64,000 bases of DNA from Pseudovirgaria hyperparasitica (lineage: Eukaryota). The position numbers were made by a program, and so were the translations under genes. This document shows, one piece after another, positions 47,385 through 59,579 of this stretch (positions are counted from its first letter, which is position 1; the number at the start of each line of letters is the position of its first letter). The stretch is from assembly GCA_010093815.1 (NCBI GenBank), contig ML996571.1. One strand, given 5' to 3'. A model generated the notes under the pieces. The model did no database searches and was not told where the DNA came from. It saw only the letters and a list, made by a program, of their open reading frames with translations.

Positions 47385-50300
47385 ATGTTTCAGGTCCCTA
47401 GCGATCCTCCATCCACTCCAAACTCGCGCAACGAGGGCTCCATTTTCCCGTCCACGACACCTGCCGGTCCACCACCTTCCAACTACACGAATAACTCGTT
47501 TACGCCTATTGGTGCACCCCCTTCAACAGTGTTTGGCAGTTCCCAGCTCAGGAGTGGTGCTGGCAACACCGGTAGATCAGCGTACAATGCGCCGGGCCGG
47601 TTTGGAAATCAGTTGTTTGCGAAACATGGACAGCCTATATTCGAAAGTGGAAATGGCAGCAAGTTCGAAGCTCTAGGTAGTAGTCCACCGAAGGGAGGAC
47701 GATTTGCGCAATACGAAGATGACGAGGATGATGATGAAGACGATGAAGACGCCGAGGGTGAAGAAGATGAGATTGGTCAAGAGATGCAGGATGCACTGGA
47801 TCAAATGGACGAAGGTGTCCATCCTATACCACGTTGGAACCTCGGCGAGGTTAATGCGTCACACTCGATACCCAACAATGGGTTCAATATGTCAACTGCT
47901 TCGAGCCTTTTCGACCCTCCAGGCTTACAAGACTCAATGATGAGAGAGCCGCTGAGTCTACCTATGCAGAGCGTGGAAACACATATACGGACATCGCAGG
48001 ACAAGTATGATTTTTCGAAGCTCGCGCTGGGCTTGGCATCTCAGAAGACCATGACTGAGATGTACGAGGCCGACGAGTTGATCTTAGAGCAGGAGGATCT
48101 ATTCCAAGAGCTGTATGGAGCTCTTGCGGCCGAGAACACCGCTACGGCCACGCGAATGCTCCATACCCTTTCTAGAGAGCTCCCAAGAATATGGACACCG
48201 CAATCGCTTCAGTCGCAAGCTTTGTCCAAGTCAGAAGCTAAGCAACGGAAGACATTTCAGAAAGCAAACTATATAGCCTCTCTTCTCCTTCAACTGTACC
48301 ATCCCCCCCATTTCCCTACGCGACAAGAACTTGGGGCTTCCCTTTTCGGTCGATCGTCCACGAACTCACCTTCTGGCGAAGTTCCTGTTCCCAAGGTGCT
48401 CTTAGATTGGCTCAACAATCATCACATTACCTGGGCAACGGAGCTTGATGCAGTCCTTGCACAAGGCAGAAACTTCTCGTCCAGTCCCTCGTTCTGGGAT
48501 GCTGTGATGACCTCTTGCTTGAGAGGCAAATTTGAGGATGCCATCAAGTTGCTGCGCGATGCCAACTTCTCCTTGGCACACACTTCCATTCAGGATGGAA
48601 GCAATACAACAGGCTACCGTGGTGCCGACTTAGCCACGATTGATAAAGTCATCAACGATGCCATTATCGCCATTGAAGGGTGTCCAGCTATCAAACACGG
48701 CGACTGGAATGTGAAGGGTGAACGGTGGAAGATATATCGTCGGATGGTAGCACAAGCAATACTTTCCTTAAGAGAATACTCTGAGGGTTCTAGTTACGAC
48801 CGTTCGGCCATGAGACCAAGTAAAGGGCCTAGTGTCAGTGCCGCCAGCAGAAGAGCTGAAAGCAAGGTGCCATGGACTGTATATGAGAACCTCCTCATCG
48901 TGTATGAGCATCTCCTCGGCAACTCTGAAGAGCTTATCAGTAGCTCTACAGATTGGGTAGAAGCAACTGTCGCCTTGACAGCTTGGTGGGATGGAGAGGA
49001 GGACCAGGAGGTGCCCTACGGCAGCATGGTCGCCAGTCGACTTTCTCTATCAAGATCACACCATGGACGGACATCAGATGATGCACCAAAAATGGCCTAT
49101 CGCCGTAGACTCAGTGCTGCCTTTAGTCAGGTCATCAACACAGAAGACGAAGAATTCGAGATCAATCCCACAGACAGTACGCAAGTTGCTTTAGCCTGTG
49201 TTTTTGAGGACAGATTAGAAGAGACTCTTTCAATTTTGCGATGTTACTCTATTCCGGTTGCTGCTGCAGTCGAACAGATTGCAAGCATAGGAAAATGGGG
49301 CCATTCTGCTTCACGGGACATCATGAAGGGATTTGACAAGAGCGACTTGATGGTGTTGAGCCTTGGCAGAGAACAGTCAAACGGCGGGCTTGGCGAGGTA
49401 ATCAAAGACGAGCAATTAATTATTTACGCGGAGTGTCTATCTCAGAGAGACGTACTCTTCGAAGAGCAGGTCGAGAAGGAAGGCTGGCAGCTCGCAATAC
49501 AAGTCCTCAGTCGTCTAGATAATGTCGAGGCTGCCAATAACGCCATTACAGACTTATTGGAAAGTCTGGAACTCAATTCTACGGACCGCGTAGACAAAGT
49601 TGTTGTACAACTCAATGAGATGGGCTTCGCTGAGCAGGCCAACTCGGTTGCGGAGGTGAGCTTTTACATAACAATGACCAGCAGACGCTGACCATATATC
49701 CAGCGTTACGCCGACACTACCGCCTCGAATACGTACGAATACGGCACAACTTTGATCTACTACGCTCGCGCTCGAAACGTCAAGAAGCTTCACTCGATTC
49801 TCGATCTTCTGATCTCTCTGTCCCTTGTTAATTCCACAGCATACCCACCTCGAACAGAACTGGACTTACATCTTCAATCTCTTCTTCTAAGTCCAAAGAA
49901 GACTCTTGGTAGCCTTTCTCTCATTGACCAAGATGCTGCTGAACTTCTTGCGAGCTCCCTATCAGGCTACGCCACCGTCCGCAAGTTCTACGACCTACGT
50001 GATGAAGACATATATGCCTCGACCACTGGTACAAAACCTGCACATCGCATCTTGGCCCGTCAACGTGCTGCGACAGATGCCCTGATGACTCTCATTGCCT
50101 CCGCATCCACACCTATCCGCGGTGGTCTCTACGATCCCGACTCCGAATCCGTCTTACAAGTAGACGGCCTTCTTGTGCTCCTCGGCGAAGCTCTTCCCCT
50201 CCTCAAAATCGAACCTTGCCCGGTCAGCATGTCTCACCTAAACACACTACTCGCCGCAACCGAAGACATTGTATCCTCACCCAGTCTCATCCGTGAACAG

Positions 50301-50627
50301 TGCGAGGAATGCTTGCGCAGTACACTTGCTACAGCACATGGGGCCGCTGAGATGAGCGATCCACGCGATCTCCTGAAGAAGAGCGTCTCTGCGTTGAGTG
50401 AGAAGACCGGGACGACAGCAAGCTCGCAGTTCTCACTTGTCGGAAGCAGTCTGCTAAGTCGAAGCGGCGAGAACAGTGCTATCTTGACAGGACGGACGTG
50501 GGACTGGAGGAGAGGGTTCAAGCCGGATACTAGACTCTCTGATGTTATCAGTGTTCTCCGAGTCACCGTTGCCGATGTGGTGGCGAAGGCATGGATTGAG
50601 GATGACGGGTTCGATGAGTATGCTTAG
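47385..50627 (+). CDS. NUP85: Nucleoporin Nup85 (2 exons)
   Basis: About 1060 aa after removing intron 49656-49703 (GTGAGC..GCTGAC..CAG). The N-terminus 'PSTTPAGPPPS' and the motifs 'LLDWLN', 'FWDAV..LRGKFEDAIKLL', 'DWVEATVALTAWWDG' and 'YGTTLIYYARA' fit Pezizomycotina Nup85-like proteins. Confidence 0.8.
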
Positions 50628-53381
50628 CGAATACTGTCTAGAGAAGCTCAAAAAGGGGGCTTAGGTATTGGAGCGAGTAAACTTGTAGCATATTGTCATA
50701 GAATAGCGAAGTGTTGTATCGTACTAACAGTCATCATACCTTTAAAACGCTGATTAGACGCATCTTGACCGAAGTATATTCGGTCGCGGCAAATAAAGTC
50801 GAAACGACGGCGTCTATCCAGCTTCTACGCGAATGTGTCTAGACAAGACAATAATCTAGTAATTACGACCGCTGTCTACCTCTTCTTCAAGCTTTCAAGC
50901 TATCGACCCCCATACATTATACCGCCCAGCTGACAGGCCCTAAAGTTAATTATACATAGACGCAGTAGGTCTAAAAAAGGTGTTTATCGATTCCACGGTC
51001 ACCGCTGTTCTGGACGACCTCACAGGATTCTTCAAAGCATTTGTGACGAGCAATTAATGTTTCTCGTTGGCCATCCATCATAATGTTAGCATGCGTCATG
51101 CAGTACCATAATCAGTCTGCCCTCCGCAGTCTCTGGTAATCCGACATCATATCTGACGCAGCGAGTGTACTCGTTTCATTATAATGCCCATATCCCTGGT
51201 GTATGTTGTTGTTTCATGGCTGGATATTGGACGTAGCGGTGAGGGCAAAATCCTGATCTACGAATAAGCGAACGAATCCCCCACGACATGCTATTTTTTT
51301 TTTCTGGAAAAGTAAAATTCTAGGCCTTTGCTGCCTACTTTCGGCTGATTTTCTTCTATGCGTGGGGGATTTTTGACATTGGCCGGAGGCTGAGAATCTA
51401 CCCCGCAAACCGCCCTGGGCTGCGAAAGGTTTATGCCCTTATATATATGTATACTAGATTGAATATTATAACGTTCTTAAAAAAATGGGCGTCTATATGC
51501 TCCTCACACACAAACTCATTCTTGGTTTAATCACATATTGGCATGTTTATACTAGATTTACACGCCTTGCGTAGACTGGACACGAGTCTGAATGCACCCG
51601 AATGAGGAGGTTGTATTATGCTTTTCCTGTTTCTCCACACGCCACGTGGCGGCCACGCGAACTCCACCCAGTAGAACGGGATCCTTTTTGAGTTCTCGCA
51701 TCCATCAACATTACCCCGATGTAGCTAGCGCTCACGTCATTGATGCATTAGAACATGCCTCGATAGGGTCGATGATGGCACATGTAGACTAGCCGAGCCG
51801 ACTTGGATATGTTACAATGCGCTCGTGGGTGTCATCGCAAGTCACAGTTCATGTCATTCAAAGGAATATGTGCGCTTTCATGCATGGTCTTTGCTGTGTG
51901 CGTGCAAGTCCTGAGTCTCGTCAGAAAACTGCTGAATGTGTCGAGCACGGCGATGGCAGAGCACAGTGTTATCAAGTAAGAGTGGGCGGTTCTGCTTTCT
52001 TAGCAGTTTGATAGGACTGTAGCATTATTATCATTATCATCGTCATTAGGAGCCTTGATCGTGTTGGACGAGTAGTTGAGCGCCTCAAGAGGCTGAATTT
52101 GAGGTAGAGGATCACTCAAGCATTGAATCTGAGCAGCTGTCTTGGGGTCGCCCCCATTAGGTTTTACGTGAGTCTCTAGACGACTATCTCCGATACGTAC
52201 ATTATCCTGTAAATACATTTATCTTACTTATTAGTACCCAGGTCATTACCAAACAACGAGGATCGCACAAGAGACACGGCTGGAAACGAGTATGCATGAG
52301 AACTAGGCCTCATTGCGAGTGAGTCTGTCCATTATCCAAAAACTTACGATACACTTCGAACCTTTTATCCCCTAGGAAGACCGAGTTATGTGGCTAGAAT
52401 GTACTTACTTTTACACCCTCTTCAAGTTCGCTATATTTAGATTCTTCATCTTGTCATTTACTCACTTTATGTCGTACAGCGAGCGTCAAATCGCAGCCCT
52501 GGTACATTCCGTACTCGATATGGATCTGACCCGGTAGCTAATGGCTCACTCTGTATTTTCGAAGAGACTGATCTATAGAATCCGCACGCTTTTCTCAGGT
52601 GCTAGTCATGGTCCCGTGTGAAATATACCAGATTAGAGAAAGTAAGAGAGATCGGGCTTTTGTACAACCCGGACCACCGGAGACAAAGCGAATTTCTACC
52701 AGGAAAAGAGCAAGCTAGAAAGATCATAGTAAGAACTCTAATGAGAAGAGACTGCTCTGGTCGCTAGCTGCGACTCATATTATGCACTAGCACGTGATCT
52801 AGCTGCTGACAACTCACATCCAGACATGCAAGGCAAGCAATAGTCAGAGCATAATTGTATTAAATTGCCAAGACAAGCGTTCTAGTTAGGCGTAGGCTTA
52901 TAATCTAACTAATAGAATTACCTTGAATTGTTAAGGATTACCGATTGTAGTAGAGTACATAAGATGAAAAGCTGGGCTGGAAAGACTAGAAACAGTCACG
53001 TGGTACGACTAACAACGTGACAGTCATATCGACTTAAATATTATCACGTGACTGATGATCCGACTCACTAAATTACCTAGTTAGGGTACCTAAAACCATA
53101 AACCACAATCGATACAATAGTCTACAATAGTCGCAAGCAATCGAGGAGGCACGCTTACGCTTGACAAGCGGCTGGAATTTCACAATTGCGCTTGCAGTAC
53201 AGGGATTGTCTGAAAGCCCGCTTGCGCTTGACTTGAATTGCCTTGCAGAAACAAGGCTGTATCGAGACAAGGCTACAACTGCGCCTATAAATACTATAGT
53301 CTCGTACTTCTATACCCCGCTCAGGCTACCGTCCCAAGAATACTGCCTGCTTTGCAACCTACAAGAAGCCATCCCACTTGC

Positions 53382-55390
53382 ATGAGAATGGATCCGGATC
53401 ATCCAGATATCGTTGCTTATCTTTACCCCGGCGACGAGTCTACGGTCCAGTTGCGAACTATGAAAATAGAGCAGAACAACTTTCGCACGATACCCCCGCG
53501 TAAAGACAAGCGGTCCAAGGCTAAGAATCCTGGGAGGCAGGTAACACACTGGGACGAGCTGGATTACTTGCCCTGCCTGGCGATAAGGTTTAGCGATCCT
53601 CCTCGAAGTCGTGCCGGATTGGTTTTTGGTAGAGGTGAGAACGCAGACGTATTGCTGCCCAACGCGAAAGGTATAAGTTTTATTCACTTCATGCTGACCT
53701 TCGACGAACACAAGGAACTCGTGGTCAGAGATCTGGGCTCCAAGTTTGGAATTCGAGTGATTTACGACGACGAAGAGGGTGTTCGAGTGAAGAGTCGTGC
53801 CTGGAGCGCTCGGGGTCCGCCTTATCTACGGCAGACTGTTCCTTGGGCGACCATCAAGTTGGTCAACAAAGTCCAGTTCAGAATAGTGGTGCCGAACCAT
53901 GACACATGGTCTACAATATATCGTGACAAAGTCGCACAGTACCTATAGGGAACATTGGACCCTGACAAGCTCTTCGAAGACCTCGGTATCCTGAGTGGCC
54001 CATCGACTGCGATGCCAACCCCTGGAGGGGATCGAACACCGACAGTGCAGGAATCCAACGGTATATACTGGACCAGAGAGCTTGGTAAAGGAAGCTTTGG
54101 GGTGGTCGACTACCTTTGGAATGTTACCACTAGAGAGGAATTTGCCAAGAAACGCCTTAAGTCCAAACGCAAAGGAGAATTGGAACGAGAAGCCGACATC
54201 CTGAAAACTATATCCCATGTAAGCATGATGTCTTGAACTAAGCCCTATTGAATACACTGACCAGGGACCTACCCGAACAGGACAACATCGTTGCTTTCAA
54301 GTATGCCACATTCCATGACGGACCATCCCTTTATTTTGAGTACGTTCCAGGAGGCGACCTGACCAAAGACCAATACCAGATTACGACATCGTTTCAAAGG
54401 CGACAGATCGCTTACCAGCTCCTCGATGGCATCTCGTACCTACATGAGACCAAGTCAATAGCACATCGAGATATCAAGCCGGCGAATATACTGGTGCAAC
54501 ATTGGAGTGCCGACAAGGTTCATGTCAAGCTAATCGACTTTGGTTTGTCAAAGCCATCAGCAGACCTTCAGTCCTTCTGCGGTACTCGTTTGTACATGGC
54601 TCCGGAGGTGTTTTGTACGCATCTACAGAATCGCACGAAGGGAACACATGCCGCGAAATACAGTCAACTGGTCGACATTTGGTCTGTGGCTGTGCTTCTG
54701 TTCGAGCTGGAGCACAGATCTCTACCAGAATGGAGATCAGAATATGAATATGCAGGTGATCATTGGGGGGATATCATGGTCAACCGTTTCAAGATACACC
54801 AGAGGGGCCACGAGAAAGATCGGTTACATATCCTAATAGCTCAAATGCTAGTAGTAGATCCGACGAAAAGGCCGTCTGCGCGAACATGCTACGAATTGGC
54901 ACGTCCACTGGCCGTATTAGGAGCCGAGGCTATGGAAGGACAAGAAACCCCGAATAATGCTTGCATGACACCTAGACCTGCAAATCAACAAGCCTCCGAA
55001 GCCGAAATCAGCGACTTCGAGCATACTGAAAACACTACGATCGATGCGAATGACAATAATGAAACAGTCCGAGGATTGGGGATGGGGTATCCAAGATTGT
55101 CTGGACCAACGTCGGACCTCCTTGCTGCTCTGGCCGGAGGCAACTCAGCCTCGTTCTTTGACTTGAACCCGTCAACGATGTTTGAGTCTCAAGTGTCAAA
55201 CTCTAAAACTACCACTAAGAATACTTGCAAGACGTTACTTGTAGTCCCGCCAGTTGATCGGAAGCGGTCGAGGCTGCAAGAGATTCCAGACGCAGGTGAG
55301 TGTGCACCAGCCAATCGAGAGTCAGACAGTAGGTGCGAGAAGCGATCCAGAGTGTCGGATCAACTTGTCCAAGACACACATAGCTCTTGA
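53382..55390 (+). pseudogene. FHA-domain Ser/Thr protein kinase (Chk2/Dun1-like architecture) with a single in-frame TAG
   Basis: FHA 'LVFGRG..IS..HF..VRDLGSKFG'. TAG 53946-53948 is followed in frame by GTLDP.. Intron 54219-54280. The kinase motifs GKGSFG, AKK, HRDIKPAN, DFG, APE and DIWS are intact. Confidence 0.85.
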
Positions 55391-55546
55391 GAGTTGTGAT
55401 ATAATGGCAATGCCTTGAGTCTACGAGTTCGCAATGCATATACGTTACCCTGTTATCCTGCGATTCAACTATGTTCGAGTTCGCTATGACATCACAGTCC
55501 TTTGTTAGAGTCCTTTTTTGTATCAAGACACGAGTGTGTCTAATGC

Positions 55547-57151
55547 CTATTCGATATGTCTTTTAGTGCGTAGGCGTCCACTGCGGCGAAGTGGCGGATC
55601 AGCGACAACTTCGAGTCCCACTTCAGGCTGTGCTGTCGAGGAACGATAGACGTCATGCTGCCCATCAAGTTTGGTTCTCTTGTGAGAGCTATGAGGTCTA
55701 TCTGTCTCCTGCAGCCTTCTAACCAAGTGTTGCTTCAATTTCAAGCCCACAAAAGATATTTTCCGCGCCTTGAGCTCAAGCTTCAGCTCATGAACAGTTC
55801 TTCTGTTATAATCCACCTCGCTATCGGCTTCGTCGCATACAGCGCCACCATTGTCCCTAGTCTTTCTTTTGTTCTTGCCACTCGTACCAGGTTTGTGAGT
55901 CGTCTTTTTTGGCTGATTGGATGAGGCAACTTCCATAGCAGGCAGTAAATCAAGAATCCAGCGCGCACGTAACTCTTGTCGGTGAACATATGCCTCATAT
56001 TTTCGGTACATGCCCGTTTTTTCGACAAACTTGCATATTTGATGCCTGGCCGCACGCCACTCGGCTTTGTTCGAAGGCGGCTCTTCATCGTCATTGGTGT
56101 GGTCGAAATCGATTAGTTCGTCCCACGCTCTCTGATAGTCCGGTTGTTCTGCCTTCATGATTTCTGCGTGCGTATCTTGCCACCAATAGGTATAGTTGAG
56201 ATACTCTACCCATGTCGTCCATGCGTCCTGGCGTCGCGGATCCTCGGCGAGTTCGAAATTTTGCAGAAAGTGGTGGGATGTAAGACGTTTCTTAACGGCT
56301 CGTACGTATTCTGGGAAATCTTGCTTGTTGGATACTTCGAAATGCCTTTGTTGATCGTCCCACATGCGTCTTGTGTCCGACTCGAAAGAGGATGCAGACA
56401 CGAACCTTATTTCCCCAAAGTGAGTCCACATATTTCTTTCAGCCTCTAGGAAATACGCGAATCCCTCGTCGCTGGCACACTGGCCACGATTATCCCACTG
56501 CCAACTCCCTCGGAAGGTCGTCCAATCTTCAAGTTGAGCTGAGAAAACAGGCGGTACGGTAACCTTGCTTTTGCCAAGGTCCGCTTCTATGAGCCATGAT
56601 CTTAATATGTCTGTACTGGCTTCTTGACCCATTTCAATGGTCTGAAGAAGACGTGCGAAAGACACTACGGGGCGACCTCCCGCTTGGACGAGTGCGTCGT
56701 GGCAATAAGCCTCATGCCGACCATTATCACGGGGAAAACCGGGCTCAGGGCTAGGGGACGGGGTTTCGGTCCTCGTATCTCGATCTTGCGACAGCCTGTT
56801 CGCTTCGCTTTGTGACGTGTCTTGGGCGAGTTTGCTGAGCGATTTCATCAACGCGTTGACGAAGGAGTCCGGCTGCTCTCTCGTGGAACTATTGAAAATA
56901 TGTCATCAGCAGAGTTCAGTATAAGAATGAGGGGAGCTTTGTACTCACGTCAGTTTCTCGATCAAGTCGGCCAGCTCCTCACTTTCACGGTATTGATCCA
57001 AATCCGATATACGCGAAATATCGAAACCATGGCTAGTATGACAATCGTTTAGGAATTGGCGAAACTGGTCACAGTCGAGAGTAAGTACTTCTTGAAGAGT
57101 AGCAGTTTCAGGTTTAGGCTCCGACTCCGGAATGCTACTGATGTTTTTCAT
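55547..57151 (-). CDS. Hypothetical protein with a C-terminal SAP DNA-binding motif and basic NLS-like tail (2 exons)
   Basis: ATG 57151. Intron 56889-56948 (GTGAGT..GCTGAT..TAG) joins in frame to ORF 55547-56851. SAP 'YNRRTVHELKLELKARKISFVGLKLKQHLVRRLQETD', core 'L.EDPRRQDAWTTWVEYLNY', tail 'PLRRSGRLR'. Confidence 0.8.
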
Positions 57152-57934
57152 TGTTAGATCAGATGTGGATCATTGTTGAATGTCGGGCGAGGCTAATTAG
57201 GTAGGGACTTGGCCGGGCGAGGCTGCCCTAGCCTGGCTGGCCAGCTGATTTACTAGCATGCACGTTGTATATAGACAAGCATTCCATAGTTTACAGACTA
57301 TGGGCTACTTAATTAATCTAGATATATATTATAATAGAATCTTTTAGTAGCTATCGAAGGTTATCTAAAACTAACTTATTTAACTAAAGCTTAGAGATAC
57401 GATAAATCTATCTATAGATATAATGAAATAGAACCCGGAATACTTAAGTAAAAGGACTTTTATCTTATAGCTCTACTTGACACTTGGACTTTTATCTAAA
57501 TTATATGGTACTTGGTACTAGAGCGATATATAATAGATATAGAGTTATACTATTATTACAAGTCACGCGTACACTACACGTGACTGTTATAGTAGGTTAG
57601 TACATAGAGCTCTAATACTTTTACTTCTCTCTAAGTCTCAAATTTTTCCAATTATCTTTTTAGTCTTATGATCTATCTAGCCTCTATAGTATTTTAATAA
57701 GAGAGATATAGAAGATATTATAGAACTCATATAAATAAGTAGGTATAAGGCGATATACTTATAGTATGGTAGACACTTCTTCCAGCTTACTTCCGCCACC
57801 CGTCCCTCCGGGATTCATCCCATCTGGATTACTTCGTTAATTCAGCCTACGCAACCCGATTACGATCGACATGTTTTGGTATGCTTCCGCTTCCTTCTTA
57901 TGAATCCTGCTAATCAGATCGAAGTCTCACGGAC

Positions 57935-58880
57935 CATCCCGTCGAAGACTTTATCGTCCATATTTCCCAAGATCGCTGGCTATAAGGCTCTATGCTAACA
58001 TGCGAAGTTGTATCTGAAATACCAACAGATACTATAAAGAGCTGGAAAGACGATGACGGAAAACTATATTGCCTTTGAACTTTACATGAGAATAGTAGTA
58101 CTTTGGCCACATTAAGAAAGCATGGCTGTTCGAATGAAGATCTTTTCCATCATGCTGGCACAGCCGCTGCAATTTGGAACATTGGAGGACTTTTTATCAA
58201 GGTCAAAGCATGGCGACTTGGAATGCAACTAGAAAGTGACACTATTCGCTTCGTTAATGAAGTGTCGAATCTCCCTACACCAGAAATTCTACACTCTTGG
58301 ATTGATGTTCAGTGGAATCGGTCGTTCCTAATACTCGAATCGGTTAAAAGGAAGAACCTTGAACTAGGCTTGGACATCATTACCCACTGGTTAGCAAATT
58401 CAACTCGCGGATACAGTTACACGATATTGCAAGGCTCCAGCGAGTCGAAGATCAGATCAGCTAAAAACAGCCGATAGCAAGGGCATTGTTGAGCCGTTTC
58501 TAACGGCAGGGCCTCCAGAATCCGAGCCCTCCTGGAGACCTCAATTTCTCGGTCCCTTTTCTATCGACCAACTGCAGGCCTATCTATCACAATCTCTTGC
58601 CGTCGATTCCATAACGCCCTTTGTCTTTTCGTTTGCTGACCTCGGGCCGGGAAATATTATAGCAGATGACAGTGGAAATCTCAAGGCAATCCTTGATTGG
58701 GAGTCTGCCGCTTTTTACCCTTTGTTTTGGCTTGGAACGAAGCCACTTCTCTCCGCGGGCTTCTTCCTTTCTAGACAGGCTAAAGATAGGAAAGCATGGG
58801 CGCTCCTACTGACCGCTCAAGCGAGAAGGGTCGCGCCAAACATTGAAATATATGACACATGGCAGGCTTCCATCACTTAA
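57935..58880 (+). pseudogene. APH/choline-kinase-like phosphotransferase pseudogene
   Basis: Stops TAA 57983, TGA 58076, TAG 58365 and TAG 58392, and a +1 frameshift in the A-run 58346-58349. The reconstructed frame has 'FIKVKAW..ESDTIRFV', 'FVFSFADLGPGNII' and 'ILDWESAAFYP.FW'. Terminal TAA at 58878-58880. Confidence 0.85.
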
Positions 58881-59579
58881 AAAAATTATCTTACGCCTTA
58901 CCAGGAAGCTAAGAAGCCTCTCAGGCGACACAGCAACGCTTGCCATATCCGGGTAAGCCAACATTTGCGTAGAGTATAATTAGCGGCTTTAGGCCTGCAA
59001 GAATGAATTTAAGCCATAGACTGTTGCAGATCGTTTGTTCTAACGAGTTTTGGAGCTGGATCACCTGATGCTGAACTGATAAGCAATAATTCAGACAGAC
59101 GAGGCCCTGTGAGGTCTTCTACGACATTCAAACTCTGCCAAATCGAACACGTTGTGTATAGGATTACAATGAAATTATACTGCCCTAGACTAGCTACTCT
59201 ATAAGCAGGTCTTGGATACTATACTGTTATGTCCTTCGTAGTGGTCGAGCAGAAGTACATTAATATAAATCAAGAACGACGAAGCTCAGAGCCAGGGCTT
59301 CGGTGTTGATGTTTTGTCGTTACTCGGGTTCTAGGTGTACTCCGATCAGATGCTTGTGGGTTAAATGGGGCAGTTTCCATGCGATCATTGCACAGCTACT
59401 TTGATTGCGGTCTGGCCGTTGGCTCATACAATGATGTGCTGTTCTCATTAGGATTGATCTCGAGCTGTTGCAAGATTATAGTATAGGAGCTGGCTCGGTT
59501 ATGGCTTGCTGAACGGAGAGGCTGCTCTCACTGCCGAGGGCCCAGGCTTGCGACGATTTTAGGACGTATATGTACTCAG

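Noticed and set aside
51275..51371. Approximately 11-bp inverted repeat AATCCCCCACG..CGTGGGGGATT as a MITE
   Set aside because: Too short, no target-site duplication seen, and only one copy in the window.
51360..51435. TPP-riboswitch-like words (GCTGAGA..TACCC..AAC..GCGAAAGG)
   Set aside because: The conserved P4/P5 core (CTTGATC..GATAAT..CCAGCG) is absent, and the site is not in an intron or UTR of a thiamine-related gene.
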